The position numbers and the translations under genes were made by a program. The notes below the pieces were generated by a model that had not been told where the DNA came from, did no database searches, and saw only the letters and a list, made by a program, of their open reading frames with translations. From Candidatus Abyssobacteria bacterium SURF_17 (GTDB taxonomy: Bacteria; Abyssobacteria; SURF-5): a DNA stretch of 64,000 bases. Shown here one piece after another: positions 19,728-30,093 of the stretch. Position 1 is the stretch's first letter. Every line of letters begins with the position of its first letter. Location: positions 7,102 to 71,101 of the forward strand of contig QZKI01000121.1 of NCBI GenBank assembly GCA_003598055.1. The letters are read 5' to 3'.

Positions 19728-19954
19728 TGCCTGACAATCGTTGGTCCGCCACTGTGGGGAGTCCACTGGGTGCCCTTCCTCGTTATTGGTCCGGTCTTCG
19801 CATTATTTTTGGCAGCAACCGCACCTGCGCGGTCGCCTCGCTATCGCAGCGAGGCGGAAAACAGGCACAGGCCGCAACGAAGATTGCATTCGGGGTGTTC
19901 TTCTGGACTCTGCTCCTCATTTTGTGCTTCGTGATTTTTGCTTACTATTTATAA
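19728..19954 (+). pseudogene. Truncated, frameshifted membrane protein gene
   Basis: One frame reads VGPPLWGVHWVPFLVIGPVFALFLAATAP with no start codon; an adjacent frame carries the C-terminal TM IAFGVFFWTLLLILCFVIF. Confidence 0.5.
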
Positions 19955-20043
19955 TGCGTCACAGCAACAATATCAGGCTTATGCTGAAACATGAGGAAGA
20001 TATGCCATAACGGTTCTCTGCAAACGAGCAAGGAGGAAAGAAG

Positions 20044-20517
20044 ATGCTGCCTTTGAAGAAGATTCTCTGTCCAACGGATTTCAGTGAAGCCTCATACGAA
20101 GGCCTGAAAGCGGCAAACGAGCTAGCCCTGCATTTCTCCGCCGAGTTGAGCATTGTCCATGTCATCCCGCCCATCCCCACTCCGGTGGGTCTGAGTCCCG
20201 TGGGGCCAGCCGCTCCCGCATCATTCAATGTTCCTTCGTATCAAAAGGAGCTGGAGGAGTCGTCCACGAGAACGCTTCGGGAAGTGGTTGAGCAGAGGGT
20301 TTCCAAGAACCTGAGTGTAAAGCGGACCATCGTGCATGGCAGCGCAGCGCAAGAAATCGTACGCGTCGCCGACGAAGAAGGCATCGACCTCATCGTGATC
20401 GCCAGCCACGGACAGACTGGCTGGCGGCGAATCATGTACGGTTCGGTGGCCGAGAAAGTCGTCCGCCTTGCCCAACGTCCGGTGCTCGCTGTCCCGGCGC
20501 CGCACGATGAAGAATGA
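20044..20517 (+). CDS. Universal stress protein
   Basis: KKILCPTDFS, DLIVIASHG, GSVAEKVVR motifs; GGAGG RBS. Confidence 0.93.
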   Translation: MLPLKKILCPTDFSEASYEGLKAANELALHFSAELSIVHVIPPIPTPVGLSPVGPAAPASFNVPSYQKELEESSTRTLREVVEQRVSKNLSVKRTIVHGSAAQEIVRVADEEGIDLIVIASHGQTGWRRIMYGSVAEKVVRLAQRPVLAVPAPHDEE

Positions 20518-20605
20518 AGAAGCTCGACTTGGGCTTGCGGCCAGGCTCGGATCCGCGCATGGGCATTGAAATCATCTGCAATAGACTGACTGGAACCAAA
20601 AATGA

Positions 20606-20707
20606 AAGCTAGTGAATCAGCAATTTCATAAGCAGCGGCAGATGTCAATCACCAGCGAGCTCCTCGATATCGTAACCGGTTTCGAGGCCCTCAAGAAAGG
20701 CCACTAG
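20606..20707 (+). pseudogene. atpG: 3' remnant of F-type (N-ATPase-like) ATP synthase gamma subunit
   Basis: Frame reads KLVNQQFHKQRQMSITSELLDIVTGFEALKKGH*, matching the gamma C-terminal helix RQxxITxELxxIVxGxEAL; in-frame TGA directly upstream. Confidence 0.72.
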
Positions 20708-20741
20708 CCGTTTTCCGGGGAAATTCGAAAGTGGGTTGACA

Positions 20742-21713
20742 ATGAACTCGATAGTGACGCTGACAATCAATCCTGCCATTGATAAGAGCGCGAGAGTGCA
20801 GAATGTCGTGCCGGAACGAAAACTCAGGTGCCGGAATCCACGATATGAACCGGGAGGCGGTGGCATCAACGTCTCCCGCGCCATACACAATCTGGGCGGG
20901 AGTGCGGTTGCGGTATATACTGCCGGAGGATTTGCCGGAAAACTCTTGCAGCACCTGCTCGACCGGGAGGGAATCCCCCATCACGCGATTCCCGTGGATG
21001 GTTGGACGCGGGACAACCTGGTCGTGTATGAAGAGTCGACCGGCCAACAATTCCGATTCGGCATGCCAGGGCCGACCTTGAGGGATGACGAATGGAAGAA
21101 CTGCCTTGCGGAGTTATCAAGCATCGCCTCAAACGCGGAGTATATCATCGCCAGCGGGGCTCTGCCATCGGACGTGCCTGAGGATTTCTACGCGCAGGTT
21201 GCGAGACTCGGGAAAAAGCTCAAAGCGAAGGTAGTCGTGGATACTTCTGGAGAGCCGCTCCGCCTCGCTCTGAGCGAGGGCGTATTCTTGATCAAGCCGA
21301 ATCTTCGAGAACTCACGATGCTGGCCGGACACGAACTTGTGGATGAATCACAGCAGGAGCGGTTGGCTGGGAAAATTGTGGATGACGGCCAAAGTGAGGT
21401 GGTTGTGATCTCGCGCGGGGCGGGCGGCGTACTGGCTGTGTGGAAAGAGGGGCATGAACATGTGCGCGCACCCACGGTTCCCATAAAGAGCAAAGTGGGC
21501 GCAGGCGACAGCATGGTAGCGGGAATCGTGTTGAGTCTTGCTCGGGGAAGGGCGCTGCCTGAGGCGGTTCGGTTCGGCATCGCTGCGGGAACTGCCGCCG
21601 TGATGACGCCGGGGACGGAACTATGTCGGCGGGACGACACTGAGCGGCTTTATGCAATGATGAGTGCTGCGGTCGAATCGTCACGTCAGCATCGCCATCC
21701 CGCCAGGCATTGA
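20742..21713 (+). CDS. pfkB: 1-phosphofructokinase family hexose kinase (PfkB)
   Basis: TLTINPAID, PGGGGINVSR, KPNLREL, VGAGDS motifs. Confidence 0.9.
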   Translation: MNSIVTLTINPAIDKSARVQNVVPERKLRCRNPRYEPGGGGINVSRAIHNLGGSAVAVYTAGGFAGKLLQHLLDREGIPHHAIPVDGWTRDNLVVYEESTGQQFRFGMPGPTLRDDEWKNCLAELSSIASNAEYIIASGALPSDVPEDFYAQVARLGKKLKAKVVVDTSGEPLRLALSEGVFLIKPNLRELTMLAGHELVDESQQERLAGKIVDDGQSEVVVISRGAGGVLAVWKEGHEHVRAPTVPIKSKVGAGDSMVAGIVLSLARGRALPEAVRFGIAAGTAAVMTPGTELCRRDDTERLYAMMSAAVESSRQHRHPARH

Positions 21714-21925
21714 CTTGACCAGAGCGATTGTCAAGTATTGCAGGTTCTGTTCGCCGTGACTTGCATCCGCGCCCAGATGGGTAAAACCTGTAATAAGGGA
21801 TTACAGAGATCCCAGGCTATCAGGATTGATATCGCTCGAGTAAGAGCGCAGAGCAGGAAAACCGCTCACTGCGGGTAGAGATGGCTCTCCGATAAGTGAC
21901 GCATGTATGAGAGAAAGGAGAGACA

Positions 21926-23080
21926 GTGATGGATAGATTGGATATTAATGAAATTGGGAAGCTGCTGGAAATGCGCGACGGATTGCGCGTTTCCCTTTTT
22001 ATGCCGGCGGAGCGGATGTCATCGGAATCGCGGCAAAACCCGGTTAGATTCAAGAACCTGATAAGGGAAGCCGGAGAAAAACTTATCGCCCACGGCCTTC
22101 GCACGCCGGAGGCGAAGGAATTCCTTAAGCGCGCTGACAGCCTCCTCAAAGACAGCAAGTTCTGGCAGTATCAAAGCGACGGGCTCGCGGTATTCCTGTC
22201 CGATGACATGTTCCGTTCATTTCGTCTTCCTATCCCCTTCCCGGAACTTGTAATCGTTGGCCAGCGATTCTACGTAAAACCCCTCCTCCCGTTACTGAGC
22301 AACGACGGACGATTCTATGTGCTTGCTATCAGCTTGAATGAGGTTCGGCTAATGGAGTGCACCCGATACCATGCGACCGAAGTTGACGTGGTAAACATGC
22401 CGAAGAGCCTTGCTGAGGCCATGAAATACGATGACCCGCAAAAACAACTCCAATTCCACACGGGCGCCGCAGCCGGAGGAGGCAAACGCCCGGCCATGTT
22501 TCACGGTCACGGAGTTGGAACGGATGACAGGAAGGATAAGATTCTGGAGTATTTCCGCCAGGTAGATAGAGGATTGCAGGGAACGCTCAATACGGATAAT
22601 GCCCCATTGGTGCTGGCGTGTGTGGACTACCTTTTCCCGATCTATAAGGAAGCGAATACCTTCCCTCACCTGGTGGACAAAGAAATATCGGGCAATCCGG
22701 AAGGAGCGCGCGCAGAAGAACTGCAGGAAAAAGCGTGGAAGATTGTCGAGCCGCTCTTCCTCAAGGTACAGGATGAAGCGGCTGCAGAATACAAACGACT
22801 AGCGGGAAACGCGCGCGCAACCAAGACTATTGAAGAGATTATTCCCGCTGCGTATCAAGGCCGCATTGGGTCTCTCTTCGTCGCTCTCGGCAGCCAGATG
22901 TGGGGACGGTTCAATCCTGACACACGGGAAACCGAGATTCACGAAAAAGAGGAGCAGGGAGATGAAGAGTTGCTAGACCTGGCGGCGGTCCAGACGATAC
23001 TTCATGGCGGGGCCGTGTACGCAGTAGAGCCGGATGAAATGCCAGACAGCGGACTGGCGGCCGCCGTATTTCGATACTGA
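21926..23080 (+). CDS. baeRF3/7-type (bacterial archaeo-eukaryotic release factor-like) protein
   Basis: VSLFMP, RFKNL, FWQYQSDGLAVF, FYVKPLLP, FHGHG, ISGNP, GGAVY...AAVFRY pattern. Confidence 0.82.
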   Translation: MMDRLDINEIGKLLEMRDGLRVSLFMPAERMSSESRQNPVRFKNLIREAGEKLIAHGLRTPEAKEFLKRADSLLKDSKFWQYQSDGLAVFLSDDMFRSFRLPIPFPELVIVGQRFYVKPLLPLLSNDGRFYVLAISLNEVRLMECTRYHATEVDVVNMPKSLAEAMKYDDPQKQLQFHTGAAAGGGKRPAMFHGHGVGTDDRKDKILEYFRQVDRGLQGTLNTDNAPLVLACVDYLFPIYKEANTFPHLVDKEISGNPEGARAEELQEKAWKIVEPLFLKVQDEAAAEYKRLAGNARATKTIEEIIPAAYQGRIGSLFVALGSQMWGRFNPDTRETEIHEKEEQGDEELLDLAAVQTILHGGAVYAVEPDEMPDSGLAAAVFRY

Positions 23081-23452
23081 CGTAACGGTCCTCGTTGGGG
23101 CCTCTCCATCCCTCTTGACTATTCTCGCGGACCCCTTTCCGGTCGAGGAGAACTTCTTCCCTTCCTGAATTATGCGACGTCAAAGTGTTTAAGCAATATC
23201 TTGATTCCACATCCCGTCACACAGATTCTGGTCTTGCTTGTTGACCGTGTCAGCGTCGAGGCCGAGAGCGGGCGCAAGCCTGAGACTCGTTTTTCAAGTC
23301 GCTGCTCCCTGTAAAGCTATTGCGGAAAAGCTCTCGCAGGGTTCATAGTTGTAGTGAGCTTCAATTCCCTGGCGAAACGCAGACACTCTCTCAAACACCC
23401 CAGCAATTTGAGATAATGTCGCTCATCACGAGCGCATTATGGAGAGTGCAAA

Positions 23453-24664
23453 ATGGCCGCATTGAATAGGGACGCTGTGGCTTCTTTGGAATTCAACATT
23501 TCATGGAAAAGCGACATAGGCAAACACGAGGAGCAATACTATGCGCAAAAAGTGAACTTCTGGCGAGACGTTCTGCCAGTGGAAGCTGACGACTTATTGT
23601 CCGAGAGTAGAGGCGGCGCGGGAATCAAGCTTTCATTTTCCGGCGAGGACCGCCCGGCCTATGGCCACAACAAGGTCATCAGATTGAGACGCGAGCAGTT
23701 TGAGTGCCCGAAGATTGATCATCACGTCGTAAGGCCTCGTGTGGGTCGGTTCTACCCCAGGGGTCTGCTAAAGGGAGTGGACAATGTTTTCAGTGGAAAT
23801 GCCGAACCGTTTCGCATCGCGGAGGCAGAGGCCTCAAGTCTACTGGCCGACCTCAATCATCCGTTTACAGCAAGACCCTTTGACCTATCGGTATCGGCGC
23901 GCAATGTGCGGAAAAAGGCATTCGAAATAGGCGGAGCAATGACTGATTGGTTGGGCGTCGTCACGCAGGGTCCCGGCATGCAGGTCCGCTGGGAAGACAA
24001 ACCAACGGATTTCTTCTCGGACGACCCCTTTGTTCGAACGGATGAGAATGACGACAGGCGCTTCTATGAAAAACCGAGATTCGTCACCCACCTGGATGAC
24101 CAGGCATTGGAGCACATCAAGTCGCTCTATGGTACCCTGCTGAGGCCGGGAATGAACGTGTTGGACCTGATGAGCAGTTGGCGGTCGCACGTGCCGGAAT
24201 CTCTGCGACTCGACTCATTCGTTGGGCTCGGACTGAATGAGAAGGAAATGAGGAACAACCCGCAATTGACTTCCATTGCCGCGCACGACCTCAACGAAGA
24301 ACCTGCGTTACCGTTTGATGATAAATCATTCGATGCGATTGTCTGCACGGCTTCAGTCGAATACCTGACACGCCCATTCGAGGTCTTTGCCGAGTGTGCG
24401 AGAATCCTGAAGCCCGGCGGCGTCTTCGTCCATACGTTTTCCAATCGCTGGTTCCCGCCTAAGGTTGTGAGGATATGGACTGAGTTGAGCGAGTTCGAAC
24501 GTATGGGGTTGGTGCTCGAGTATTTTTTGCGAACAGGGCGTTACGAGAGTCTGGAGACCCGCTCGATTCGCGGCTGGCCGAGGCCGGTGAGCGACCAGTA
24601 CTATCCACGAGTCCGTATCTCGGACCCGGTCTATGCCGTTTTCGGAAGGCGGAGCGCCGGCTAA
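23453..24664 (+). CDS. Class I SAM-dependent methyltransferase with N-terminal extension
   Basis: FYEKPRFVTHLD, VLDLMSSWRSH, LPFDDKSFDA, FSNRWFPPK. Confidence 0.85.
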   Translation: MAALNRDAVASLEFNISWKSDIGKHEEQYYAQKVNFWRDVLPVEADDLLSESRGGAGIKLSFSGEDRPAYGHNKVIRLRREQFECPKIDHHVVRPRVGRFYPRGLLKGVDNVFSGNAEPFRIAEAEASSLLADLNHPFTARPFDLSVSARNVRKKAFEIGGAMTDWLGVVTQGPGMQVRWEDKPTDFFSDDPFVRTDENDDRRFYEKPRFVTHLDDQALEHIKSLYGTLLRPGMNVLDLMSSWRSHVPESLRLDSFVGLGLNEKEMRNNPQLTSIAAHDLNEEPALPFDDKSFDAIVCTASVEYLTRPFEVFAECARILKPGGVFVHTFSNRWFPPKVVRIWTELSEFERMGLVLEYFLRTGRYESLETRSIRGWPRPVSDQYYPRVRISDPVYAVFGRRSAG

Positions 24665-24708
24665 TCAGCCGTTTGGGTATCCGAAATTTCCAAGAACGAG
24701 GAAGAACA

Positions 24709-26910
24709 TCAGAGGTTGGAAGAGCCGTTTTCCCTGCTGATAATGACTATTCCGAGGTAGCCGTCCACCGTGAGTTGATCACCAGTTTGAATAAGCAAAG
24801 TGGCATCTGTCACGCCGGTCACACAGGGAAGCCCGTACTCTCTGGCAATGATGGCGCCGTGAATGAGCATCCCTCCGCGACGTTCCACGATTCCGGCTGC
24901 AAGAGGCACTACGAAGGTCATGTTGGGGTCCAGAGCATCGCAGACCAGTACCTCCCCGGCTCGGAAGTCCATGAGGTCAGATAAATGAGCTATAACACGC
25001 GCTTTCCCGGTGGCTATTCCCGGACCTGCTGGCTGGCCTAGAATTTGTCTGGCTGTCAGTTGGAAGCCTCTCTTGGTTTTTGGGGGTGCCGCGTCGCCAC
25101 TCACTGGAGTATAGCCGACGTCAGTTAAAGCTTTTATCACTTCTTGTGCATCAATGTTTGCGGCATCAATCCCGCTTCTCGTTCCTATGCGAGACTTCCC
25201 TTCTTGAAGCGCGAGAAACAATTGGGCCTCGATTCTGCCAAGATATATGTTGTCATCGTCCCGGAGCCGATAGCTCGCTCGACCGAGTTCCAAAAGCTCC
25301 ACAGCATATGTTCTTTGATCTCCCTCAAACTGTGATAAGAAGTTTTCCTCAAGCAAAGTTATGCTGCCAGAGCGGGACTGGCTCTTTGCCCGTCCACGAT
25401 CCGTCATTTCCAGCAGCAGCTTGATAAGAGCTTTCCTGCCCTGCTGAGGTGAACCCGTACCAACGAAGATGTTCCCGAACTTCTCCAAGAAATCTTCAAT
25501 TTTTCGGACGAAGTCTTCATCGCATCTCGCATAGTCCTCGTTTCTCAGTTCTTCCGCAAGCGCGTGGTCTGCCCGTAGACTCGCCGCCATTTCTTCGAGC
25601 ATGCGGTTTCGCTCGACACTTGCCAACTCACTGCCTCGCAGTAGGTCAACGAACTCGTAGGGGTCAGACGGACGCATGACGTCGTTATAAACCTGGCCGA
25701 ACAATCGCGCCCCATGCGCAAACGGAATGAACTCGGTCCAGTAGACATCTGTCCATCTCTTGTGAATGCTCGAGCGTCTGGCAATCTCTTCTGCCAGTTC
25801 CGAGTCAGCTAAAGCCTTCGGATCCCGCTCGGCAAGCGCATTCGCTTCTCTCACCATCCGCGGGATGAGGTCGTGTTCTATCTTTTCGCGTAACGCCTTC
25901 AGGTTCTCGAAACTTCTGCGAAGACTCAGATACCATGGCCGTTTGTCATCACGCTGGTCGGGTGAAGCCGTGGTGATCGGACGCGACTGGAGAGCATACA
26001 ACGCACCCTGCCTGAATGTCCATTCGACGTCCTGAGGCGAACCGAAGATTTCCTCCGCCCTGAACGCGAGCAGAAAGACCTCCGTCACTTCCTCACTGTT
26101 CAAGGGTGCGCCGCTGAGCTTTCCCGCCGGCAGCGGTTCGAGACTGACGCCTTCGCGTGACGTAACAAGTGCCTTATTGCGCGTTGCAGTCGCATGAGAT
26201 ACAAGTTTTCGCGTTTTGCGGTCTAGAACCCATCTGTCAGGCTCAACGATGCCGTCCACCAGGCCCTGGTTTAGTCCATACACGGCTTCGATGACGGCTT
26301 GCGATTCATCCATCGGATGCTTGCCAAAGACCACTCCCGACTTCTCTCCTTCCACCAGTTCCTGCACAACGACTGCCATAGCGCTTCTCTCAACATCCAA
26401 TCGCAATTCTTGCCGATAGAGGAGGGCGCGGTCTGACCACAGAGAGGCCCACACAAGACGGATGTGGTCAAGGATGGAATCAATGCCTCTCACGTTCACG
26501 TAGGATTCGTGCAATCCCGCAAACGAAGCAATTCCTGAGTCTTCATCCAAAGCAGATGACCTGACCACCACCGCGCTTGACTTGAAACCGGAAGCAATCA
26601 CACGCTTCAATTGAGCGACAAGCTCTGGGGGAATCGCCGTCTTCAGAAACATGTTTCGGATTCGAAGCGATGCATCCCACATCTCTTCCCATCGCATGTC
26701 TTGGAAGTCTTTGCGGCTCAGCTCGAGCAATATCTGTTCGCGCAGTCCCGTCGAGGATACGTAGCTTGCATAGGTATCGGAGGTGATAAGAATCGCATTC
26801 GGTACGAGAATGCCGCCCCGCTTTAACTGTGCCAGCGAGAATCCCTTGCCCCCGACGCGGTTCCTGTCGTTCGGGCCTACCGTTTGAAGTTCGATTGCGG
26901 GATTTATCAT
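24709..26910 (-). CDS. PEP/pyruvate-binding (ATP-grasp) plus C-terminal phospho-His swivel phosphotransferase (rifamycin phosphotransferase-like architecture)
   Basis: GGKG, VRSSA..EDS...SFAG, QDVEW, LQSRPIT; C-terminal GGMLIHGAIIAREYGLPCV; no TIM-barrel PEP-binding domain. Confidence 0.88.
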   Translation of the reverse strand: MINPAIELQTVGPNDRNRVGGKGFSLAQLKRGGILVPNAILITSDTYASYVSSTGLREQILLELSRKDFQDMRWEEMWDASLRIRNMFLKTAIPPELVAQLKRVIASGFKSSAVVVRSSALDEDSGIASFAGLHESYVNVRGIDSILDHIRLVWASLWSDRALLYRQELRLDVERSAMAVVVQELVEGEKSGVVFGKHPMDESQAVIEAVYGLNQGLVDGIVEPDRWVLDRKTRKLVSHATATRNKALVTSREGVSLEPLPAGKLSGAPLNSEEVTEVFLLAFRAEEIFGSPQDVEWTFRQGALYALQSRPITTASPDQRDDKRPWYLSLRRSFENLKALREKIEHDLIPRMVREANALAERDPKALADSELAEEIARRSSIHKRWTDVYWTEFIPFAHGARLFGQVYNDVMRPSDPYEFVDLLRGSELASVERNRMLEEMAASLRADHALAEELRNEDYARCDEDFVRKIEDFLEKFGNIFVGTGSPQQGRKALIKLLLEMTDRGRAKSQSRSGSITLLEENFLSQFEGDQRTYAVELLELGRASYRLRDDDNIYLGRIEAQLFLALQEGKSRIGTRSGIDAANIDAQEVIKALTDVGYTPVSGDAAPPKTKRGFQLTARQILGQPAGPGIATGKARVIAHLSDLMDFRAGEVLVCDALDPNMTFVVPLAAGIVERRGGMLIHGAIIAREYGLPCVTGVTDATLLIQTGDQLTVDGYLGIVIISRENGSSNL

Positions 26911-27356
26911 CTCGGGCGCAGTTCCATGACGTTCTGAAATCTATTAACGACAAAATAGCTGTCGACTTTTACTTTGAGCAACGCGCAGTTTGGGGAGGAA
27001 ACAAATTCCCGCAAATGCGGATGTTTACCGAGGTACAGCTTTAGGAGGCGGGTTCTTTCCCTTGTCCCTACCTCAGTGGTCTTGCCTGTGGCGGTAGCAG
27101 CTACTGCCTTGTGAAAGTCGGTCTCTCGGTTGGACCTGTTGTCGATAAGCAATGCAACATTGGGATTGGCCGCCAAATTTGCATACTTGCGCGTCGCTCG
27201 AGTGGTCGCGAAAAGCAACTGTTTGAGGTCTGCCGTTGAGGCGAACGCCACAAGGCTCGCATATGATTGCTTCTCGTTGTGTGTGGCCAGCACAGCCAGT
27301 TTCTGCGATGCAAAGAGTTCCTTCAACTGTTTTTTTAGTTTCGCTATCTCTGTCAA
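26907..27356 (-). CDS. Pyridoxamine 5'-phosphate oxidase-like (split-barrel FMN-binding) protein
   Basis: LAVLAT, YASLVAF, TRKYANL..NPNVALLID; TTG start after GAGGAG RBS. Confidence 0.85.
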   Translation of the reverse strand: MTEIAKLKKQLKELFASQKLAVLATHNEKQSYASLVAFASTADLKQLLFATTRATRKYANLAANPNVALLIDNRSNRETDFHKAVAATATGKTTEVGTRERTRLLKLYLGKHPHLREFVSSPNCALLKVKVDSYFVVNRFQNVMELRPR

Positions 27357-27425
27357 TGGATTTCTCCTCCTCAAAACTGAAGTGGGCTCTCATCTTGCCG
27401 TGGATGGCACGGGTGAAAGCATCCT

Positions 27426-27890
27426 CTACGAGATTTTCCCGAACATCTCTTCCAGCCGTTTTCGGCGGAATCTGAAAATCTCCTGCACTTGTTTGTGAAC
27501 AAGGAGATCGTTTACGAGCCCCGCGAATATCGGAACCGGAAGGGCGTAGTGAACGATATCCTTGAGCTCAACACCACCCTCCACTTCCTCGAAGTGATGC
27601 TGGTGATGCCAGAACCGATATGGTCCGAAGCGTTGTTCGTCGATGAACAGATGAGGCTCGTTGACGTGTGTGATTTCCGTGACCCACTTCACGGGAATTC
27701 CCATGAAGGGTCTTATGTAGTACGTCACTATCATACCCGCATACATTGTATCGGGCACCTCTGACGTAATCGTCAAGCCCAGAGACGGTGGAGTGATCTT
27801 TGCCAGATTCCTCGGATTTGAGAAGAAAGCCCATGCTTCGGCTATTGATGTCGGTACACGTTGACGTTCTCTGAGACTGAAGAGCCGCAC
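27426..27890 (-). CDS. SRPBCC (START-like) family protein
   Basis: AWAFFSNPRNLAKITPP, WVTEI, FIDEQRFGPYRFWHHQHHF; GTG start after GGAGAGG. Confidence 0.9.
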   Translation of the reverse strand: MRLFSLRERQRVPTSIAEAWAFFSNPRNLAKITPPSLGLTITSEVPDTMYAGMIVTYYIRPFMGIPVKWVTEITHVNEPHLFIDEQRFGPYRFWHHQHHFEEVEGGVELKDIVHYALPVPIFAGLVNDLLVHKQVQEIFRFRRKRLEEMFGKIS

Positions 27891-28046
27891 TATCTTTGTC
27901 CTCTCCCGAACTCCCTGCAATAACTTGTGCGTTGAGTATAACTTGGCTAATTTCCTCTGTGCAATTCTCCTTGATTGGTCGCATTGCAAACTCAATTGCG
28001 CCGGCTCATTCTTTCTCATGTGGAAGGTGCTCTTTGGAGCACTTCA

Positions 28047-29183
28047 TTACTTGGACAGGGGCAACTCGTAGATCCGATGCGTCTTGTAAATTTTCGCTCC
28101 CGCAAATTCGAGTATCGAGCGTACCGGCATATTGTCTTCGAGAATCCATGAGTAGTCCGCGACTTTGAATCCTCTTCGAATCGCGTTCTTGAAAGCGACA
28201 TCCATCATGGCCGCGGCCACACCCGTCCGATGATATTCTCGATGCACGCCCATCATGAAGAGGCGGCCTTTCTTGATACGGGGCTTGTTCCATACCAGTT
28301 GTAGCATCTGAATGGGGCCCATTTTCCCGTTGAACTTCTTGAGGGCGACATTGTAATCCGGCAAGAACAAGAGGAATCCGATCGGTTTTCCTTCCAGCTC
28401 GCCTATGTAGGCAAGTTCGTCAATAACCAGGTGTTTCATGTGTCTGGCAAAATCGTCGATCTCAGCCTCCGTCAGGGGAACGAATCCCCAGTTCTTGCTC
28501 CACGCATTGTTGTACACTTCCTTCACGCGTTCCATCTCGCCGTGAATGTTCTTGAGGTCGACCTGACGAGCGACCACGTGGTTCTCCGCCGCTTTTTCAG
28601 CAATCTTGCTCATATATGACATGTTGACTTCGCCGTCGGGGTCCATGATCAAGTAGGAGTACAGGTCACACGCTTTCTTCAACCCGTATGTTTCAAGCAG
28701 GTTCGCGTAATAAGGAGGATTGTATGTGCTGAGCATGACGGGGTCAGTGTCGAATCCGTCAACCAGCAAGCCGCATTCATGATTCGTCGTGAAGTTGAAC
28801 GGCCCTCTCATGACGTCCATGCCCTTTTTCTTCAACCGCTCCCGGGCGGTATCAAGCAGGCGCGAGGCGATATCGAAATCGTTGATTGCCTCGAAGAAAC
28901 CGAAGGCCCCCATCTTTTCTTCGTGGAAATCTACATAGTTTCGGTCAATGCTCACCGAGATGCGCCCACACGTCGCGCCATCTTTCCGAGCAAGATAGTA
29001 TTCGGCCTCGGCATGCTGGAAAAACGGGTTTGCGGAACTCAGAAATCTCATCTGTTCCTTGATAATCGGAGGCACCCAATATTCATTCCCGCGATAGATT
29101 TCCCACGGAAATTTGATGAACTCCATCATGTCTGCTTGGGACGTAACGCGAACGATGTCAATCGAGCCCGCGCGGGCGGTCAT
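28047..29183 (-). CDS. Tandem-GNAT acyltransferase, YghO/bacterial ceramide synthase (bCerS)-like family
   Basis: FIKFPWEIY...WVPP, NPFF, GRI, GAFGFFE, RGPFNFTTNHECGLLVDGF, YNPPYY, AWSKNWGFVP, SWILEDN. Confidence 0.8.
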   Translation of the reverse strand: MTARAGSIDIVRVTSQADMMEFIKFPWEIYRGNEYWVPPIIKEQMRFLSSANPFFQHAEAEYYLARKDGATCGRISVSIDRNYVDFHEEKMGAFGFFEAINDFDIASRLLDTARERLKKKGMDVMRGPFNFTTNHECGLLVDGFDTDPVMLSTYNPPYYANLLETYGLKKACDLYSYLIMDPDGEVNMSYMSKIAEKAAENHVVARQVDLKNIHGEMERVKEVYNNAWSKNWGFVPLTEAEIDDFARHMKHLVIDELAYIGELEGKPIGFLLFLPDYNVALKKFNGKMGPIQMLQLVWNKPRIKKGRLFMMGVHREYHRTGVAAAMMDVAFKNAIRRGFKVADYSWILEDNMPVRSILEFAGAKIYKTHRIYELPLSK

Positions 29184-29980
29184 GATTTCTTCTCCTCCTT
29201 TTTCGGAAACCAGGGAATGAAAGCCCTTGTCCTTTCGGCATAGCTGCGGTATTCAGGCTGGGCGGCAAGCATCGACTCCTCAAGAAGTGGGACACCGGAA
29301 ACTCTGAGCAGCAGGAAGGTGATGACAAGCGGGCTGATTATCGCCCACAGGCCATATGGAGTCGCGAGTGCGATGAGGAACATGCCCCACCATACCAGCG
29401 ATTCTCCAAAGTAGTTGGGGTGGCGCGTGTATGCCCAGAGCCCCCGGGTAAGCAGCTTGCTCTTGTTCGCGGGGTCCGCGGTGAAGCGTGCCAACTGCCA
29501 ATCTCCCACAGATTCGAAGAAGAATCCGACCGCCCAGACGCATGCGCCCACGATATCAAGCCATACGAGTTGTTCCGGCGTCTTCGAGAGTTGGCCTATC
29601 TGCACAACAAGAGAAATTACCCACAGCAGCAGCGCTTGAAGCCCGAAGACCGTGAATAGGCTTACCCACCAGAAACGGTCGCCGTGTTTCTCTCTCATGG
29701 TCCGGTAGCGAGGGTCTTCACCTTTTCCTCGATTCCTGAACGCAATGTGGACGGCAAGGCGCAGTCCCCACGCGGTCGTAAGCAGAGAAATCAGCACCTC
29801 GCGTCCCCAATAGCCATCGGCTTGGGCAAAGCTTAGCCAGGCAATGACCACGAAACCCAACCCCCAGAAGATGTCAACGATGCTGGCGTCTTTCTTGGCC
29901 ACACTCAGGAGCCAGACACAAAACATCAGCGCCATTGCCGCTGCGAGATTCGTGCCGAATACAGCCCACGCGGGAGTCAT
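29180..29980 (-). CDS. DUF1295 (steroid 5-alpha-reductase-like) membrane protein
   Basis: ASIVDIFWG, WGLRL, GEDPRY, GLWAYTRHPNYFGE, SGVPLLE. Confidence 0.9.
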   Translation of the reverse strand: MTPAWAVFGTNLAAAMALMFCVWLLSVAKKDASIVDIFWGLGFVVIAWLSFAQADGYWGREVLISLLTTAWGLRLAVHIAFRNRGKGEDPRYRTMREKHGDRFWWVSLFTVFGLQALLLWVISLVVQIGQLSKTPEQLVWLDIVGACVWAVGFFFESVGDWQLARFTADPANKSKLLTRGLWAYTRHPNYFGESLVWWGMFLIALATPYGLWAIISPLVITFLLLRVSGVPLLEESMLAAQPEYRSYAERTRAFIPWFPKKEEKKS

Positions 29981-30093
29981 GAGTCGGTCCCTTCACATGC
30001 CAGTTCGCGCCCTCAAGAAACTCTGCGCGTTACGCAAGATGGTTGTCAGCTGTCGGTTCGATAAACCAAGATACTATGCCATCTGGCAGCGCC

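Noticed and set aside
18495-19766. 423-aa minus-strand ORF
   Set aside because: Antisense shadow of the site-2 protease gene; no motifs
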